Source: Carcharhinus amblyrhynchos (Eukaryota). From it: a DNA stretch of 64,000 nucleotides. A program made the translations under genes and the position numbers. Where the stretch lies: NCBI GenBank assembly GCA_965287045.1, contig OZ336878.1, forward strand, positions 96,968,001 to 97,032,000, given 5' to 3'. Under the pieces are notes generated by a model. That model saw only the letters and a list, made by a program, of their open reading frames with translations, did no database searches and had not been told where the DNA came from. Below are positions 12,755-26,746 of the stretch, one piece after another (within the stretch, counting starts at the first letter, position 1; every line of letters begins with the position of its first letter).

Positions 12755-13251
12755 GAATGGAATAGACGGAGCGAATAAAGATAGTTGGTGCTTGCGAAAT
12801 GGGGGAATCATGGAGAAGACGTGCGTTCGTATTGAGGAGCACCAGAGACACGTAAGAACATTAGACATGAAAGGGTTATGTATGTGTCTGAGCGTCCAGC
12901 CATGAAAATGTGTCTCCTCCCTCAAATGATTCCCCTCTCCTAATTAGTTCTTCGCAGGGCTGTTTGAGCATGTCTCGCAGGGTGTGAAAGTGTGAGATGA
13001 TGCAATGACACAGGCAAGTAGGTTGGAATAGAAGGAGCGAAGTAAAGGAATTTAGTGACTGTGAGAGGGCAAATGTGTGGGTCAAGATTTACTATGTTGA
13101 ATTCCGGAACATCGGAAACATATCTGGGAGCATTCTATGTGCGACTGATTGAACAGTTTGCCGTTAAATAAAGGACTGGACTTCGGAAAGTAATTCTTAT
13201 TTTCGTTGCTTGAGCATGTGCAGAAGAATGACAAATATTTCAACCAGCCAC

Positions 13252-13323
13252 TGTTATGACTCGGATTCGAACCGAGATTGCTGCGCCCACAAGGCAGAGT
13301 ACTAAGTACTATACGATCACGGC
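13252..13323 (-). pseudogene. tRNA-His pseudogene
   Basis: 72-nt match; D-loop GG lost, acceptor and anticodon stems mismatched. Confidence 0.75.
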
Positions 13324-14064
13324 GCCAGAAAGTCTTGTGCAAGACTGAGTGCCGAGAACTCATATAGTTCAAAAAAACCCTGCAACGAAACGACAACATT
13401 TTGCATCTCGGCCGGCTTATCGCAGAACAATGGGCTTTCCTACCAAATAGTGGATTTTTATTTCTGTCACACAAAGAGGTTTCCTGACACTTTCATACAT
13501 TCACTTTATTGTATTTTTTTAAAGAACTCTATCATAAGGCATGGTCATTCTGAAGGTATTTTCTTGCATGACGTGAAACCGTTTCTAAATCGCTCATTTG
13601 CTGTCACTAGAGTTATTGTTCTCATTTAGTGAACTCGTAGATTTCAACAGGAAAAATCAGATTGGAGCACAGTCGGGCTTCCTTACTTTTATTGGTTGCA
13701 ACCAATCATTCCTAATATTGAAAATATGTCTCCTCCCCCAAATGATTCCCCTCTTCCTCTTACTTTTTCGCGGTGCTATTTGAACAAGTCTCGAAGCGTC
13801 TGAAAGTGTGGGATGATGCAATGACACAGGAAGGTGGGATAGAATTGAAGGAACGAATGAAAGTGATTTAGTGACTGTGATAGGGCAAATGGTTGGGTCA
13901 GGATTTGCTTTTGCATTCCGGAGACTGAGAAACATATCTGGGAGTATTCTGTACGTGACTGCTTGAACGATTTGCCATAAAATAAATGATTATCCTTTGT
14001 TATATAATTTTTTTTTAGTCGCTTGATCATGAGCAGCACAGTAGCAAAGGTATAATATAGCAAC

Positions 14065-14130
14065 TGACGTGATTCAAATGAAAGTTACCGCGACCACAAT
14101 GCAGAGTACTAAACACTATACAAGAACGGC
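14065..14130 (-). pseudogene. tRNA-His pseudogene (decayed)
   Basis: ccacaatgcagagtactaaacactata retained; T-arm partly deleted. Confidence 0.6.
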
Positions 14131-15187
14131 GGCAGAGAACAAGTACTGCATGATATGCTACCGGTTTCAAGCCATACGTTCACCCAGGCATGGAACTGAT
14201 ACACAGCACTCTCGAAACACAAGAAAAAAACAGAAAATGCTGAGAAATAGCAGCAGGTTTACCATTGTGGAGATAGAGCAGAGTTCAACCTCTGGAGCCC
14301 GGATCACTCTTCGTTAGCTCCGTGCATCGTTGTGTCAGCGCCAACAATATGCAGCTTTCTGCTCAGCACCGATACATTCTAAATGGCATTCCTATCTGCA
14401 AACATCAAACACAATTGGCAAAGAGAGGTCATTTTGTTTTCTGCTTGGCAGGAAGTGACCATCGTGTAACATCGGGATTAGAGCGGGGCCTCAGCATCTA
14501 GCAATTGGTATCAATGTATTTGACGTTTTTAATTCTTGTTTCAATAACCCAGATGCTCACTTGGCATTACCATAGTGCAAAATTAGACCGATGTGTAGAT
14601 CTGCAATGAAAACTCATAGTGTTTGGAAAGCTTCGGCTCGAAAAGTCAGTTCGGTTTCGCTCTCCAAAAAAGATGCCTCGTCTGTAACTTTGTTGCAGGG
14701 CTTTCCGCCTTTAGGTCAGTTAGCATTGACTGCATTACTGGTCCCGGTAAAATTTCGTCATCATCATCGCATGGAGTTGTTTCCAGAATTTTGTCTCCCT
14801 GGAATCGGAAATATCGTATTGTTTCTCTTCCAATACTTTCAAAGCACGGATCTACGTCGTGCGAAATGTCTCTGTACAACCCCAGAAACAGAAATCAACA
14901 AACGCCATGCTGTTTGTCAGATTGTCAAATTATGCAATGCGAATGGAAAGCAATGATACAATCGAAGAATCGAAGTCAAGAATATTTGTGATAGCAAAAG
15001 TGATGGGAGGAACCCGGAGAAGAAGTGCGTCTGAAGTCCGGACTATTAGAGGCATCTGTATGGAGGGAAGATTTGTGTGACTTGTGGAACAAGTTACCGA
15101 CGAAGTAACTATTGTGCTTTGCAAATTAAATTTTCTCTGTGCTGTTTAAGCATGAGCCACAGGGAGTCAAATTGTTTGAATAAATTA

Positions 15188-15258
15188 GGTCGAGAATTGA
15201 ATTCCAACGGAGGTTGTTGCGGCCACACCAAAGAACTCTAACCATTATATGGTCAGGC
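15188..15258 (-). pseudogene. tRNA-His pseudogene (decayed)
   Basis: gaggttgttgcggccaca core at the unit position; paralog of 39281. Confidence 0.55.
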
Positions 15259-16471
15259 GCTGCAAACGACTCCGTACAACGTTGGGTTCCCGAGAATCCA
15301 TTTCCGTACTCACAGCCCTTCAAATCATCGGCAGCGCATTCCATCTCTACCGGGGTATCGCAGACAAATAGTTATTACTTTCAAACAATTGGCTGCTGAC
15401 TTTAAAAAGCCCCTCTAACGACCCTTTCGAATGGAAGGTTGTTGAATGATTCACTACCACCAAATTTGATTAGTTCCGAACCATGAGGAAAATAATGTGA
15501 TTTTTCAGGACGAAGTGTTTCATGTGCTGTCGGGAATCGAATGGATCAGGCCACTGCCGCGATCTTCTGGAAGATTAATCAAAGCTGGTGACTTATCTGT
15601 TGTAAGCTTCCAGTGTTTGCCGTTTTCCTGGAAACGCGCCATATAGCTAGCTGGTTCATTTCGGTTGCTGATTTTTGTCTCTGACTCAAGAGATCTCCTG
15701 ACATTTTAACACACCCACTTGAATGTTTATTTTTTTCCAAAAGCTGTACCATGAGACATGTTCATTGTGAATGGTTGTTCACATGACGAATGCCCTCTTG
15801 CACATGTCACATTTTAAGACACTGGATTTTTTTTTGTCATTCAGTTCACTGGTAGATTTCAACAGGCAAGATGAATTTGGTGCACAATCAGTGTCTCCAA
15901 CCCTCCTTGGTTGCAGCCAATCGTTCATGATCCCCAACTTCCGAATGCTAAACAGCACATATTTTGCAAACATATCCCACATTTTCACTCAGCAGCACAG
16001 TAAATGCAGCATGATCCTGGTGGTGAAAATCTGAAATGAAAACCGAGTTTCTTCTGGAATTATTAGACTCGAAGCAGTCCACAAATGTTCGACACTTTCT
16101 ACTTTTACGTCAGTTCTCCTTACCTGCATTACGATGTTTGCAAGAAAATTTTGTGATAGCCATCGCATGTAGGCGTTTCCAGAATTATGGTTATGAGCCC
16201 AAAGAATAAGATGTTTCTCCCCCGTCATTTCAACGCAGAGATCTACATCAGTGCGAAAGGTCTCGCGTAACCCCAGAAACAGGGATTGCAGCCAAACACA
16301 CTCCACGGTGTCAGTGGAATTGAAGGATGATGAAAGTCACAAGAAAGTGAGGATAACAATGAAAACATGCAGTCAAGTGTATCAGTGAGCATGAAAAGGC
16401 GTACATCTACGACAAGAGACGCCCTTGAAGTCTCGAACGTCAAGGGCGCAGAATGTGGAATGATTATATAT

Positions 16472-16730
16472 GGGGTCGCACGATAGCACAATGTTAGCAA
16501 AGTTGACAGGAATCAGGTTCGCATTCCTGGCTTGGGTTCTTCTCTGTGCGTCGCCTGCACAGTTCTCCACAGTTTCCTTCAACAGGTCCGATATGCGCGC
16601 TGGTGCCTTGAATGGTCGTGCAAATCTTCCCCCAGTGCACCCCAACAGGAGAAAGTTGTGGTGCTTAGATTATTTTCGCAGTGACTTCATTGCGGTGTTA
16701 AAGTAAGCCTATTGTGACACTAATAATTAA
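16472..16730 (+). mobile_element. Degenerate tRNA-derived SINE (paralog of 640-900)
   Basis: Same head, core and tail (gtgacttcattgcggtgttaaagtaagcctattgtgacactaataa) at the same unit position. Confidence 0.72.
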
Positions 16731-16860
16731 ACTGTATGTGACTGATTGCGCGTTTTCCCGGCAAGAAATGTTTCTTCCCACAAATTATTCTCCTCTGCGA
16801 ACCAATCCTCTGCGTTTTTCAGCTTGAGCCGTGGGAGCGATTTTTTTTTTACATAAGCAC

Positions 16861-16933
16861 TGCTGTGACTCGGACCCCAACCGAGGTTGCTGCGGCCACA
16901 ACGCAGAGTACTAAACCACAATGTAATCATGGC
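16861..16933 (-). pseudogene. tRNA-His pseudogene
   Basis: Central 40 nt near perfect but B box mutated (ggaccccaacc). Confidence 0.78.
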
Positions 16934-17651
16934 GCCACACATTATTTGCTGCACACCATACTTGGTCGGGTATACACATACGTCCAACCAGCACTTCACC
17001 TGAAGTACCGTTGCTTTCCTTCTCGGCAGGTTGCCCAGAAGAATAATTTCAGCTTTCAATTCATTGGCTGCTGAGAGGAAATCTGTCTCATTAGTCACCC
17101 GTTCAGTTGGAAACTCCTTTTTGAACTCTCCACCTGTCCTCCTAGAATTGTTCCTTCAATATATTCTAATGTTGGTGCACTTGACACATCGCAAAGGTCT
17201 CCTGTTCGTCGCCTGCGTGGTGAATTAACATTGCAAATGAGCTTATTATAAAAATAACGAACAAATATTTGAAATAAACAAAATGTCGAAGTATTGGTTC
17301 CGCGCTCTCGTGTGCGGTAATATAAGAAGCACCGTGGAACTGAAATCTTTATTTTTATTTTGGAAGATGAATTCTTACTTGTTCTGAGGAGATACTGAAT
17401 GCATGGATGACTCTCCGTCTCACGTCATCAGTTCACCCAGGCCTGCAGTTGAAACACGGCACTCTGGAGTAAAACAGAAACAGAAAATGCTGGGAAACGG
17501 TGTCAGGTCTGCCATTGTCTGTGCAGAAAGAGCTTAAGGTTGCGGATCCGGATGACCGGATCTGTGCATCATTCTGCCCGCGCCGGCCACCAATCACCTT
17601 TCTGCCATAAGTACCTACATACTCTGAAACATCTTTGTGTTGTCTAACAAC

Positions 17652-18203
17652 ACAAGAGGTCTCACGACAGCCGGTTAAAGTCCAACAGGTTTATTTGGTA
17701 GCACAGGCCACTAGCTTTCGAGCTCTGCCCCTTCATCGGGGGAGTGGGGGTTCTGTTCACAAACAGAGCATATAAAGTGTCTTTATATGCCCTGTTTTTG
17801 AACAGAACTTCCACTCACCTAACGAAGAGTGGGTGGACAGTGAAAGCCTTTTTCCTTGGATGGTGATGGCAAAGGGGAGGGGACATAGCTTTAAATTGAG
17901 GAGTGCTAAATATAGGACAAATGTCAGAGGTAGGTTCTTTACTCAGAGGGGAGTAAGGGCGTGGAATGCCCTGCCTGCAGCATTAGTGGACCCGCCAACT
18001 TTAAGGGCATTCAAATGGTCATTGGATAGACATATGGATAATATTGGAATAGTTTAGGTTAGAGAGTCATTAGATTGGTTCCACTGGTCGACGCAACATC
18101 AAGGGCCGAAGGGCCTGTACTGCGCTGTAATGTTGTATGTTCTATGTTATATGTTTTACTTCTTACTGTGTTTACCCCAGTCCAACGCTGGCACCTCCAC
18201 ATC
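17652..18203 (+). mobile_element. Penelope-like inverted pLTR hairpin (paralog of 1763-2042) interrupted by CR1
   Basis: ggttaaagtccaacaggtttatttgg arm; centre aaacagagcatataaag...ctttatatgccctgttt; 3' end ggcacctccacatc followed by TSD ttgtctaacataa. Confidence 0.78.
17830..18157 (+). mobile_element. CR1-like LINE 3' fragment nested in the Penelope hairpin
   Basis: Encodes RGHSFKL...RGRFFTQRGVRAWNALP; tail gggccgaagggcctgtactgcgctgtaatgttgtatgttctatg. Confidence 0.88.
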
Positions 18204-18950
18204 TTGTCTAACATAAAGCAGAGTTAGCATTTTTTTTGTTTGGCAGCAAGTGACCAGAGTGTACAATACTGATTAGACCTGAGGTTGCAACATGTAGTAA
18301 TTGACATCAATGTCTTTCGGGTACAATAGTTGTTTAAATAGCTCAATTCTTAACTTAGCCTTGCAGGAGCACAAAATTATGCGAATGTTGAAAATCTGAA
18401 ATGAAAACAGAAATTTTCTGGAAACGTCAGTCTCGAAACGTCAGCCTGGATGTTGCCAGATCTGCAACGTTGACTGCCCTTACATCAGTTGGCATTGCCT
18501 GCATTGCTACTTCCCTGTAAAATGCCGTCATCACCATCAAATCCAGGCACATTAGAATGTTGGTTCTCTGGAACCGGAAAGATCGAGTTCTTTCTCTTCC
18601 AATAGTTCACAAGAACAGACCTGCACCGTGCGAACAGTGACTGTGCAACGCCAGAAACAGATGGTGGCCAACAAACTCCACGTAGTTAGTCAGAGTGTGA
18701 AATTACGCAATGCTAATAAAAAAAATGATACAATGGAAGAAGCGAAGATAAGGGGATGCGTTATATTTAAGTTGGTGGGAGATGGAAAGGTGTCATCCCG
18801 TAGAAGAGTTACGTCTGAACTTCGGACTAATAGAGACATATATGGAAGGATTATTTTTGTGACTGATGGGGCATTTCACCGCCAAAAGAAGTATCGTGCA
18901 CTGCCAATTCAGTCTTCTTTGCGCTGTTTAAGTCAAATATTTTAAATAAC

Positions 18951-19019
18951 TGAGACTCGAATTTGCTCCGAGTCTGCTGCGGCCACAACGGAGAATGCTA
19001 AGCACTCTATGATCACGGC
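18951..19019 (-). pseudogene. tRNA-His pseudogene (type Y)
   Basis: gctgcggccacaacgg core; T-loop destroyed. Confidence 0.7.
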
Positions 19020-20392
19020 AAAACAGACTGCTCGGTACCTTATCTGACCGAGGAAACGCTTGCGTGAGCGCAGCCCTGGCTTCACCTTTCTATACAATGA
19101 CTACTGACTGAAAGCCTGAATCAATTATGACCCGTTTGGAGAAAGGTCAGTTTGTAAATTCTCCACAAATTCTTGTAGAGCTGTTCAATTCTTCTATCAT
19201 ATTCTGTCGTTTGTGCATGTTACTCATGAGATTCTTTTGTTCTGCCCAATGCCTGTCGACTTCAGAGCATGGAATTGAGAAGAAGGATTAATGCATTTTA
19301 CCGTCATTTGTCTTGGTGGCGCAAACAATTTTGTCTTTGACGTATCCGTGAGTTAATAATGCGGCTTTTCAAGTCCGTGAGTCGGCGTCGGTTTCTCCAC
19401 CCCTCCCATCACCGCCCCCCCCCCCACAACTTCTGCGCCCCCCCCAAAAAAAAACATCGTCCTTTGGCCTCTTCTTTCATTTGCATATATAAAAGATTTC
19501 ATATCATTTCCAGAGATTTCTCTCAGACAACAGCTTTCCTTCCAGTTTCACATAACAACATTAATGTTTGCCTTTCGGGACACAGCGTCATGCGCCATTT
19601 TTGTTCCGAGAGCTTTTCGCATGATGCAAAACCGCTTCAAAATCCCGCATTTTTCGGCACTATAGTTGTTTTTTCATTTGCCGGTTGTGCAACCCACTCA
19701 CACGTTTGAACAGCTAAGATGAGTTTGGAGCACGTTCAATCTGATGCACCTCTCCAGGTGTACCGATGACCGGATGGTGGAAATCTGAAAGGCAAACAGA
19801 AATTTTCTGAAAACATTTCACTCTTTACATCAGCTCAGTTTCTCTCTTCACAGATGTTCCCAAAGCTGTAGCGTTTTCTGGCACTTTCCACTTTTACCGC
19901 AGTGAATATTGCCCGAATAACTACGTTCCCAGAAAAATGATATGTTCGCCAGCGCGCACGAAGGCGCTTCCACAATTTTTGCTACATGGACTCACACATA
20001 TCGAGGTGTTTCCCATCCAGTCATTTCAAAGCGCAGGTTTTGATCAGTGTGAATGCAACCGCGTAACCCCAGAAAAAGAGATGGGAGCCAGCAAACTCCA
20101 TGGTGTTTGTGAAAATGTGACAGGAAAGTGAGAATGGAATGGAAGGAGATCGCAGAGAATGAACAAAAGAGATGATGCAATGTGACAGCAAGGTAGGATG
20201 GAATGCAAGGAGCGAAATGAAGGAGATTAGTGGTTTTGAGAGTGCAAATATCTGGGCGAAAATGTCCTTTTGAATTCCGGAGCATCAAAATTATAGCTAG
20301 AAGCATTATGTATATGTTTGAACGATTTTCCGTAAAAAGAAAACCTTTTCCGTCTTATACGCAGCGGAGTGACAAATGTTTAAAATAGTCAC

Positions 20393-20464
20393 TGCCGTAA
20401 TGCGGATCCTAAGCGAGATTGCTGCACTCGCAGCGAAGAGAGCTGATAACTACGTAATCATCGC
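20393..20464 (-). pseudogene. tRNA-His pseudogene (type Z)
   Basis: Decayed; paralog of 9325 and 46087. Confidence 0.55.
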
Positions 20465-21831
20465 GCCACAAATTGCTGAATACAGGGCTGTCGTGTGGGA
20501 GATGACATGTGCGTCCACACAGTCCTGCAATACAGACAGCGCTTTGCATTTCGGCCAGGATATCAAAGATAAATAATTTTTACTCTCAAAAATTTGGCTA
20601 CTGATTGAAAGAAAATCCACAATATTCGGCGCGATGAGGAAAATAATGCGGTGAACTGATCGAAGAGTTTAATGCGTTGTAAGGATATGAGTGGATCAGA
20701 CATGAATATGTTCTGGAAGTGAATCAAAGCTGGTGAATTACGAACTGCATGTTTCCAGTGTTCACAGTTTCCCTGGCAACGCGCCACAGGCCGAGCGGCT
20801 TAATTTCCTTTCTTGTTTTTGTTTCTTCTTCACGCCACAGGCTTCCTTATATTTTCACACACTTTCTTTTTTGTCCAAAAACCGACATAGTCATTCTGAA
20901 GCCTTTCTCGCATGACGCTAAATCTCTTCAAAATCTCTCATTTCTTGAAATAAAATTTATTTTGTCACTCAGTTGGCTCGTAGATTTCAACAGGCAAAGT
21001 CAGGTTGCAGTATAATCGGCTTCCTTACTTTTACTGGTTGCAGCCAATCATTCATGAATCTCAACTGCTAAGTGCTAATCACCACATATTTTGCAAATAT
21101 GTCCAAATGGTCACTCAGCAGTACCATAAACGCAGCATTATCGCTGTGATGGAAACCTGGCAATTCCAGAAATTTGGTTGTAAGGACTCGGAAATATCAA
21201 GATGTGTTCATCCAGCAATTTCAAAGCACAGATCTAGGTCAGTGTGAATGGGCCCGGAGTAACCCCAGAAACAGGGATAGTAGCAAACAATCTCCCCGTT
21301 TGCTTGTGAAACTGTGAGATGATACAATGTCACAGGAAATTAGGAATGGAATGGACGGAGCGAATAAAGATATTTGGTGCTTGCAAAATGGGGGAACCAT
21401 GTAGAAGACGTGCGTTCGAATTGAGGAACACCAGAGGCTCGTAAGGACGTGAGATATGGAAGGATTATGTATGTGTCTGAGTGTCCAGCCATGAAAATAT
21501 GTTTCCTCCACCGCATGATTCCCCTCTCCCACTTACTTCTTTCTCTGTGCTCTTTGAGCATGTCTCGCAGGGTGTGAAAGTGTGAATTGATGCAATGACA
21601 CAGGAAAGTAGGATGGAATAGAAGGAGCGAAGTAAAGGAATTTAATGACAGTGGGAGAGTATATGTGTGAGTCAAGATTTACTTTTTGAATTCCTGATCA
21701 TCAGATCCATATCTGGGAGCATTCTGTGTGCGACTGTTTAAAAATTTGCCGTTAAAAAATACTTAATTTTGGAAAGTAATTCTTATTTTCGTCGCTTGAG
21801 CAGCAGAGTGACAAATATTTAAAGCAGTCAC

Positions 21832-21904
21832 TGCCATGACTCGGATTCGAGCTGAGGTTACTGCGGGCACATACGCAGAGTACTAAACACGATACAATCA
21901 TGGC
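21832..21904 (-). pseudogene. tRNA-His pseudogene
   Basis: Insertion in the anticodon loop plus multiple substitutions. Confidence 0.72.
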
Positions 21905-22615
21905 ACCACGGAGGACTTGTGTAACGCTGAGTGCCCAGAACTCATATACTTCAAAACAACCATGCAACTAAACGACAGCGTTTTACATCTCGGCCGGCTT
22001 ATCGCAGACAAATGGGTTTTCGTTTCAAACAGTTGACTTTTTTTCTCACACATACCAGAGGTTTCCTTACATTTTCACACATTCACTTTATTGTTTTCTT
22101 TTTGACGGAACTGTATCATTTCAAGGAACTATATAATGAGACATGTTCATTCTGAACGTTTTTTTTTTCGCATGACGTGAAACCTTTTCCAAATCGCCCA
22201 TTTGCTGTCAATAAAATTATTGTTGTCATTCAGTGAACTCGTAGATTTCAACAGACAAAATCAGATTGGAGCAGAGTCAGGCTTCCTTACTTGTATTGGT
22301 TTCAGCCATTCATTCATGATATTGCAAATACGTATCCTCCCCCAAATGATTCCCCTCTCCCACTTACTTCTTCGCTGTGCTATTTGAGCATGTCTCGCAG
22401 GGTGTGAAAGTGTGAGATGACACGGGAAAGTAGGATGGAATGGAAGGAGAGAAGTAAAGGACCGTAAGAGGGCAAAGGTGGGGGGCAAGATTTACTTTTG
22501 TATTCCGGGGCAACAGAAACATATCTTGGAACATTAAATTTCGACTTTGGCAAGTAATTCTTATTTTCGTCGCTTGAGCAGAAGCAGCAGAGTGCCAAAT
22601 ATTTAAAACAACACC

Positions 22616-22687
22616 TGCTGTGACTCGGATTCGAACCGAGGTTACTGCGGCCACAACGCAGAGTACTAACCACTATACGATCACGGC
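22616..22687 (-). tRNA. tRNA-His(GTG), A70 variant
   Basis: 72 nt, 2 differences (C3:A70 mismatch, variable-loop change); TTTT terminator. Confidence 0.82.
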
Positions 22688-23871
22688 ACCACGAACTGCT
22701 TGGCATACTACTGAGTGCCTGAGAACGTATAAACTTCAACACAGCCCTGAAACTAAACGGCAGCGGTTTGCATCGCGGCAGGCTTATCGTAGACAAATAG
22801 TTATTTCCTTTCAAACAGTGGACGCCTCTCTCTCTCGCTATCTCACAAGAGGTTTCCTTACATTTTTACGCATTCACTTCACTGTATCTTTTTCAAGAAA
22901 TGATTCATGAGAAAGCTCATTCTGAAGGCGTTTTTCGCATGACGTGAAACCTTTTCTAAATAGCTGATTTGCTATCATTAGAGTTGTTTTTTTTTGTCAT
23001 TCTCTGAACTCGTCGAGTTCAACAGGCAAGTTCAGATTGTAACACAATCGATCTTCCACGCATTTCTGCTTGCAGCCAATCATTCATAAACCTCAACTTC
23101 TGAGTGCTAAACACCACATATTTTGCAAATATATTAAAATACTCACTCAAATAGTCACAATAAACGCAGCATACCGCCGTGGTAGAAATGTGAAGCTTCC
23201 AGAAGGTTGTCTGTAAGCACTCACGAATATCAAGAAGTGTTCATCCAATAATTTCAAAGTACAAATCTAGATCAGTGTGAATTGGCTTCGAGTAACCTCA
23301 GAAACAGGGATGATAGCAAACAATCTTCACGTTTGCTTGTGAAACTGTGAGATGATACAATGTCACAGTAAATTAGGAATGGAATGGACGGAGCGAATAA
23401 AGATATTTGGTGCTTGCAAAATGGGGGAACCATATAGAAGACGAGCGTTCTAATTGAGGAACACCAGAGGTACGTAACGACGTTAGACATGAAAGGATTA
23501 TGTCTGTGTCTGAGCGTCCAGCCATGAAAATATGTCTCCTCCCCCACATGATTCCCCTCTCCCACTTACTTCTTCGCGGCGCTCTTTGAGCATGTCTCGC
23601 AGGGTGTGAAAGTGTGAATTGGTGCAATGACACAGGAAAGTAGGGTGGAATAGAAGGAGCGAAGAAAAGGAATTTAATGACAGTGGGAGGGTATATGTGT
23701 GGGTCAAGATTTACCTTTTGAATTCCGGATCATCAGAAACATATCTGGGAGCATTCTATGTGCGACGGCTTGAACAATTTGCCGTTAAAAAAAGACCTAA
23801 TTTTGGAAAGTAATTCTTATTTTCGTCGCTTAAGCATACGCAGCACAGTGACAAATATTTAAAGCATTCAG

Positions 23872-23943
23872 TGCTACGACGCGGATTCGAAGCGAGGTTA
23901 TAGTAGCCACAACGCAGAGTACGAACCACCACACGATCACGGC
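23872..23943 (-). pseudogene. tRNA-His pseudogene
   Basis: 72-nt match with T-stem and anticodon-stem disruption. Confidence 0.75.
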
Positions 23944-24671
23944 GCCACGAAGGGCCGGCACAACACGTAGTGCCCAGAACTCATATACTTCAAAACAACC
24001 CTGCAACTAAACGACAGCGTGAAACATCTCGGCCGGCTTATCGCAGGCAAATGAGTTTTCCTTTCAGTTGATTTTTTTTCTCTCTCTCACGTACAAGCGG
24101 TTTCCTTAGATTTTCACATATTCACTTTATTGTTTTCTTTTTAACGGAACTGGATCATTTAAAGGAACTGTATAATAAGACATGTTCATTCTGAACGGTT
24201 TTTTTTTCGCATGACGTGAAACCTTTTCTAAATCGCCCATTTGCTGTCACTAAAGTTATTGTTATCATTTAGTGAGCTCGTAGATTTCAACAGGCAAAAT
24301 CAGATTGGAGCACAGTCGGGCTTCTTTACTTGTATTGGTTTCAGCCAATCATTCATGACATTGCAAATATGTCACCTCCCCCAAATGATTCCCCGCTCCC
24401 ACTGACGTCTTCGCTGTGCTGTTTGAGCATGTCACGCAGGGTTTGAACGTGTGAGATGGTGCAATCACACCGGAAAGTAGGACGGAATGGAAGGAGCGAA
24501 GTCATGGAATTTAATGACCCTAAGAGGACAAGTGTGGGGGGCAAGATTTCCTTTTGTATTCCGGGGCATCAGAAACATATCTTGGAACATTAAAATTCTA
24601 CTGTGGGAAGTAATTCTTATTTTCGTCGCTTGAGCCTGAGCAGCAGCTTGCCAAATATTTAAAACACCGTC

Positions 24672-24743
24672 TGCCGTGACTCGGATTCGAACCGAGGTTG
24701 CTGCGGCCACAACGCAGAGTACTAGCCACTATACGATCACGGC
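24672..24743 (-). tRNA. tRNA-His(GTG)
   Basis: One D-loop difference from canonical; TTTT terminator at 24661-24664; upstream TTTATAA at 24783-24789. Confidence 0.93.
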
Positions 24744-25548
24744 GCCACGAACTGCTGGGTGTACTGTTGAGTGCCTGAGATCTTATAAACTTCAACACAG
24801 CCTTGCGAATAAACGACAGCGCTTTGCGTCGCGGCCAGCTCATCGTGGACAAATAGTTTTTCCATTCAAACAGTTGACCCGTTTCTCTCTCTCAAACAAG
24901 AGGTTTCCTTACATGTTCACGCATTCACTTTACTGTATCTTTTTCAAGAATTGATTCATGAGACATGCTCCTTGTGAGGGCGTTTTTTGCATGATGTGAA
25001 ACCTTTCCTAAATAGCTGATTTGCTATCATTAGAGTTTTTTGTTGTCATTCAGTGAACTCGTAGATTTCAACAGGCAACTTCAGATTGTAACACAATCGA
25101 TCTTTCACGCATTTCTGCTTGCAGCCAATCATTCATGAACCTCAACTTCTGAATGCTAAACGCCACATATTTTACAATTATATCCAAATACTCACTCAAA
25201 TAGTCACAATAAAGGCAACACACCGCCGTGGTAGAAATGTGTGCTTCCAGAAGTTTCTCTGTAAGCACTCACGAATATCAAGAAGTGTTCATCCAGTAAT
25301 TTCAAAGTACAAACCTAGATCAGTGTGAATTGGCCTCGAGTAACCTCAGAAACAGGGATGGTGGCAAACAATCTCCACGTTTGCTTGTGAAACGGTGAGA
25401 TGATACAATGTCACAGGAAATTAGGAATGGAATGGACGGAGCGAATAAAGATATTTGGTGCTTGTAAAATGGGGGAACCATGTAGAAGACGTGCGCTCGA
25501 ATTGAGGAACACCAGAGGCACGTAAGCACGTATTTCCAGAGGCACGTG

Positions 25549-26746
25549 TTTTCAGAAGGCGTTTGACAAGGTACCTCACAAGAGGTTATTGCAGAAGGTC
25601 AGGGGACATGGAGTTGGGGGTAGGGTGTTAGCGTGGATAGAGGACTGGTTGTCAAATAGGAGGCAGAGAGTGGGGGTCAATGGGTGCTATTCGGATTGGC
25701 GGTTGGTGACAAGTGCAGTGCCTCAGGGGTCGGTGCTGGGGCCTCAGCTTTTTACCATTTATATAGATGATCTGGAGGAGGGAACCGAGTGTATGGTGTC
25801 GAAATTTGCTGATGACACCAAGATTGGTGGAAAGGCAAACGCAGAGGGTGTGGAGAGTCTGCAGAAGGATCCAGATAGGCTGGGCGAATGGGCCAGGAAA
25901 TGGCAAATGGAATTTAATGTTGGCAAGTGCGAGGTGGTCCACTTTGGTAGGAAGAATGGTAGGAAGGACTATTACTTACGGGGCGAAAAACTGCAGCAGG
26001 CGACGGTGCAGAGGGACCTCGGGGTCCTTGTGCATGAGTCGCAAAAACCCAGCTTGCAGGTGCAGCAGGTGGTCAGGAAGGCGAATGGGATGCTGGCCTT
26101 CATAGCGAGGGGGATTGAATATAAAAGTAGGGAGGTCTTGCTGCAACTGTACAGGGCACTGGTGAGGCCGCAGCTAGAGTACTGTGTGCAGTTTTGGGCG
26201 CCGTACTTACGCAAGGATATTTTGGCCTTGGAGGGAGTGCGGAGGAGTATTACTAGGCTGATGCCGGAGTTGAGGGGCTTGAGCTATGAGGAGAGGCTGA
26301 ATAAACTAGGCTTGTACTCGTTAGAGTTTAGAAGAATGAGGGGGGATCTCATTGAGACGTATAAGATGATGAATGGGATGGATAGGATAGAGGTGGAGAG
26401 ACTCTTCCCGCTCAGAAAGGACAGTAGGACTAGGGGGCACAGCCTCAAGATAAAGAGGGGGGGGGGGGTTTAGAACGGAGTTGAGGAAGAACTTCTTCAC
26501 TCAAAGGGTGGTGAATCTGTGGAATTCTCTGCCCGTTGAAGTGGTGGAGGCTTCCTCGCTAAATATTTTTAAGACGCGGGTTGATGGGTTTTTGATAAGA
26601 GAGGGGATTAAGGGTTATGGGGAGAGGGCGGGAATGTGGAACTGAGCCACGACAAATCAGCCATGATCTTATTGAATGGCGGGGCAGTCTCGAAGGGCCA
26701 GATGGCTTACTCCTGCTCCTATTTCTTATGTTCTATGTTCTTATGT
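25549..26746 (+). mobile_element. 5'-truncated CR1/HER1-like LINE (RT C-terminal half and 3' UTR)
   Basis: ORF 25589-26473 with (D)FQKAFD, VPQGSVLGP, KFADDTK, LVRPQLEYCVQFW; (ttctatg)-type tail; TSD-like gtaagc at 25522-25527 and 26745-26750. Confidence 0.95.
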
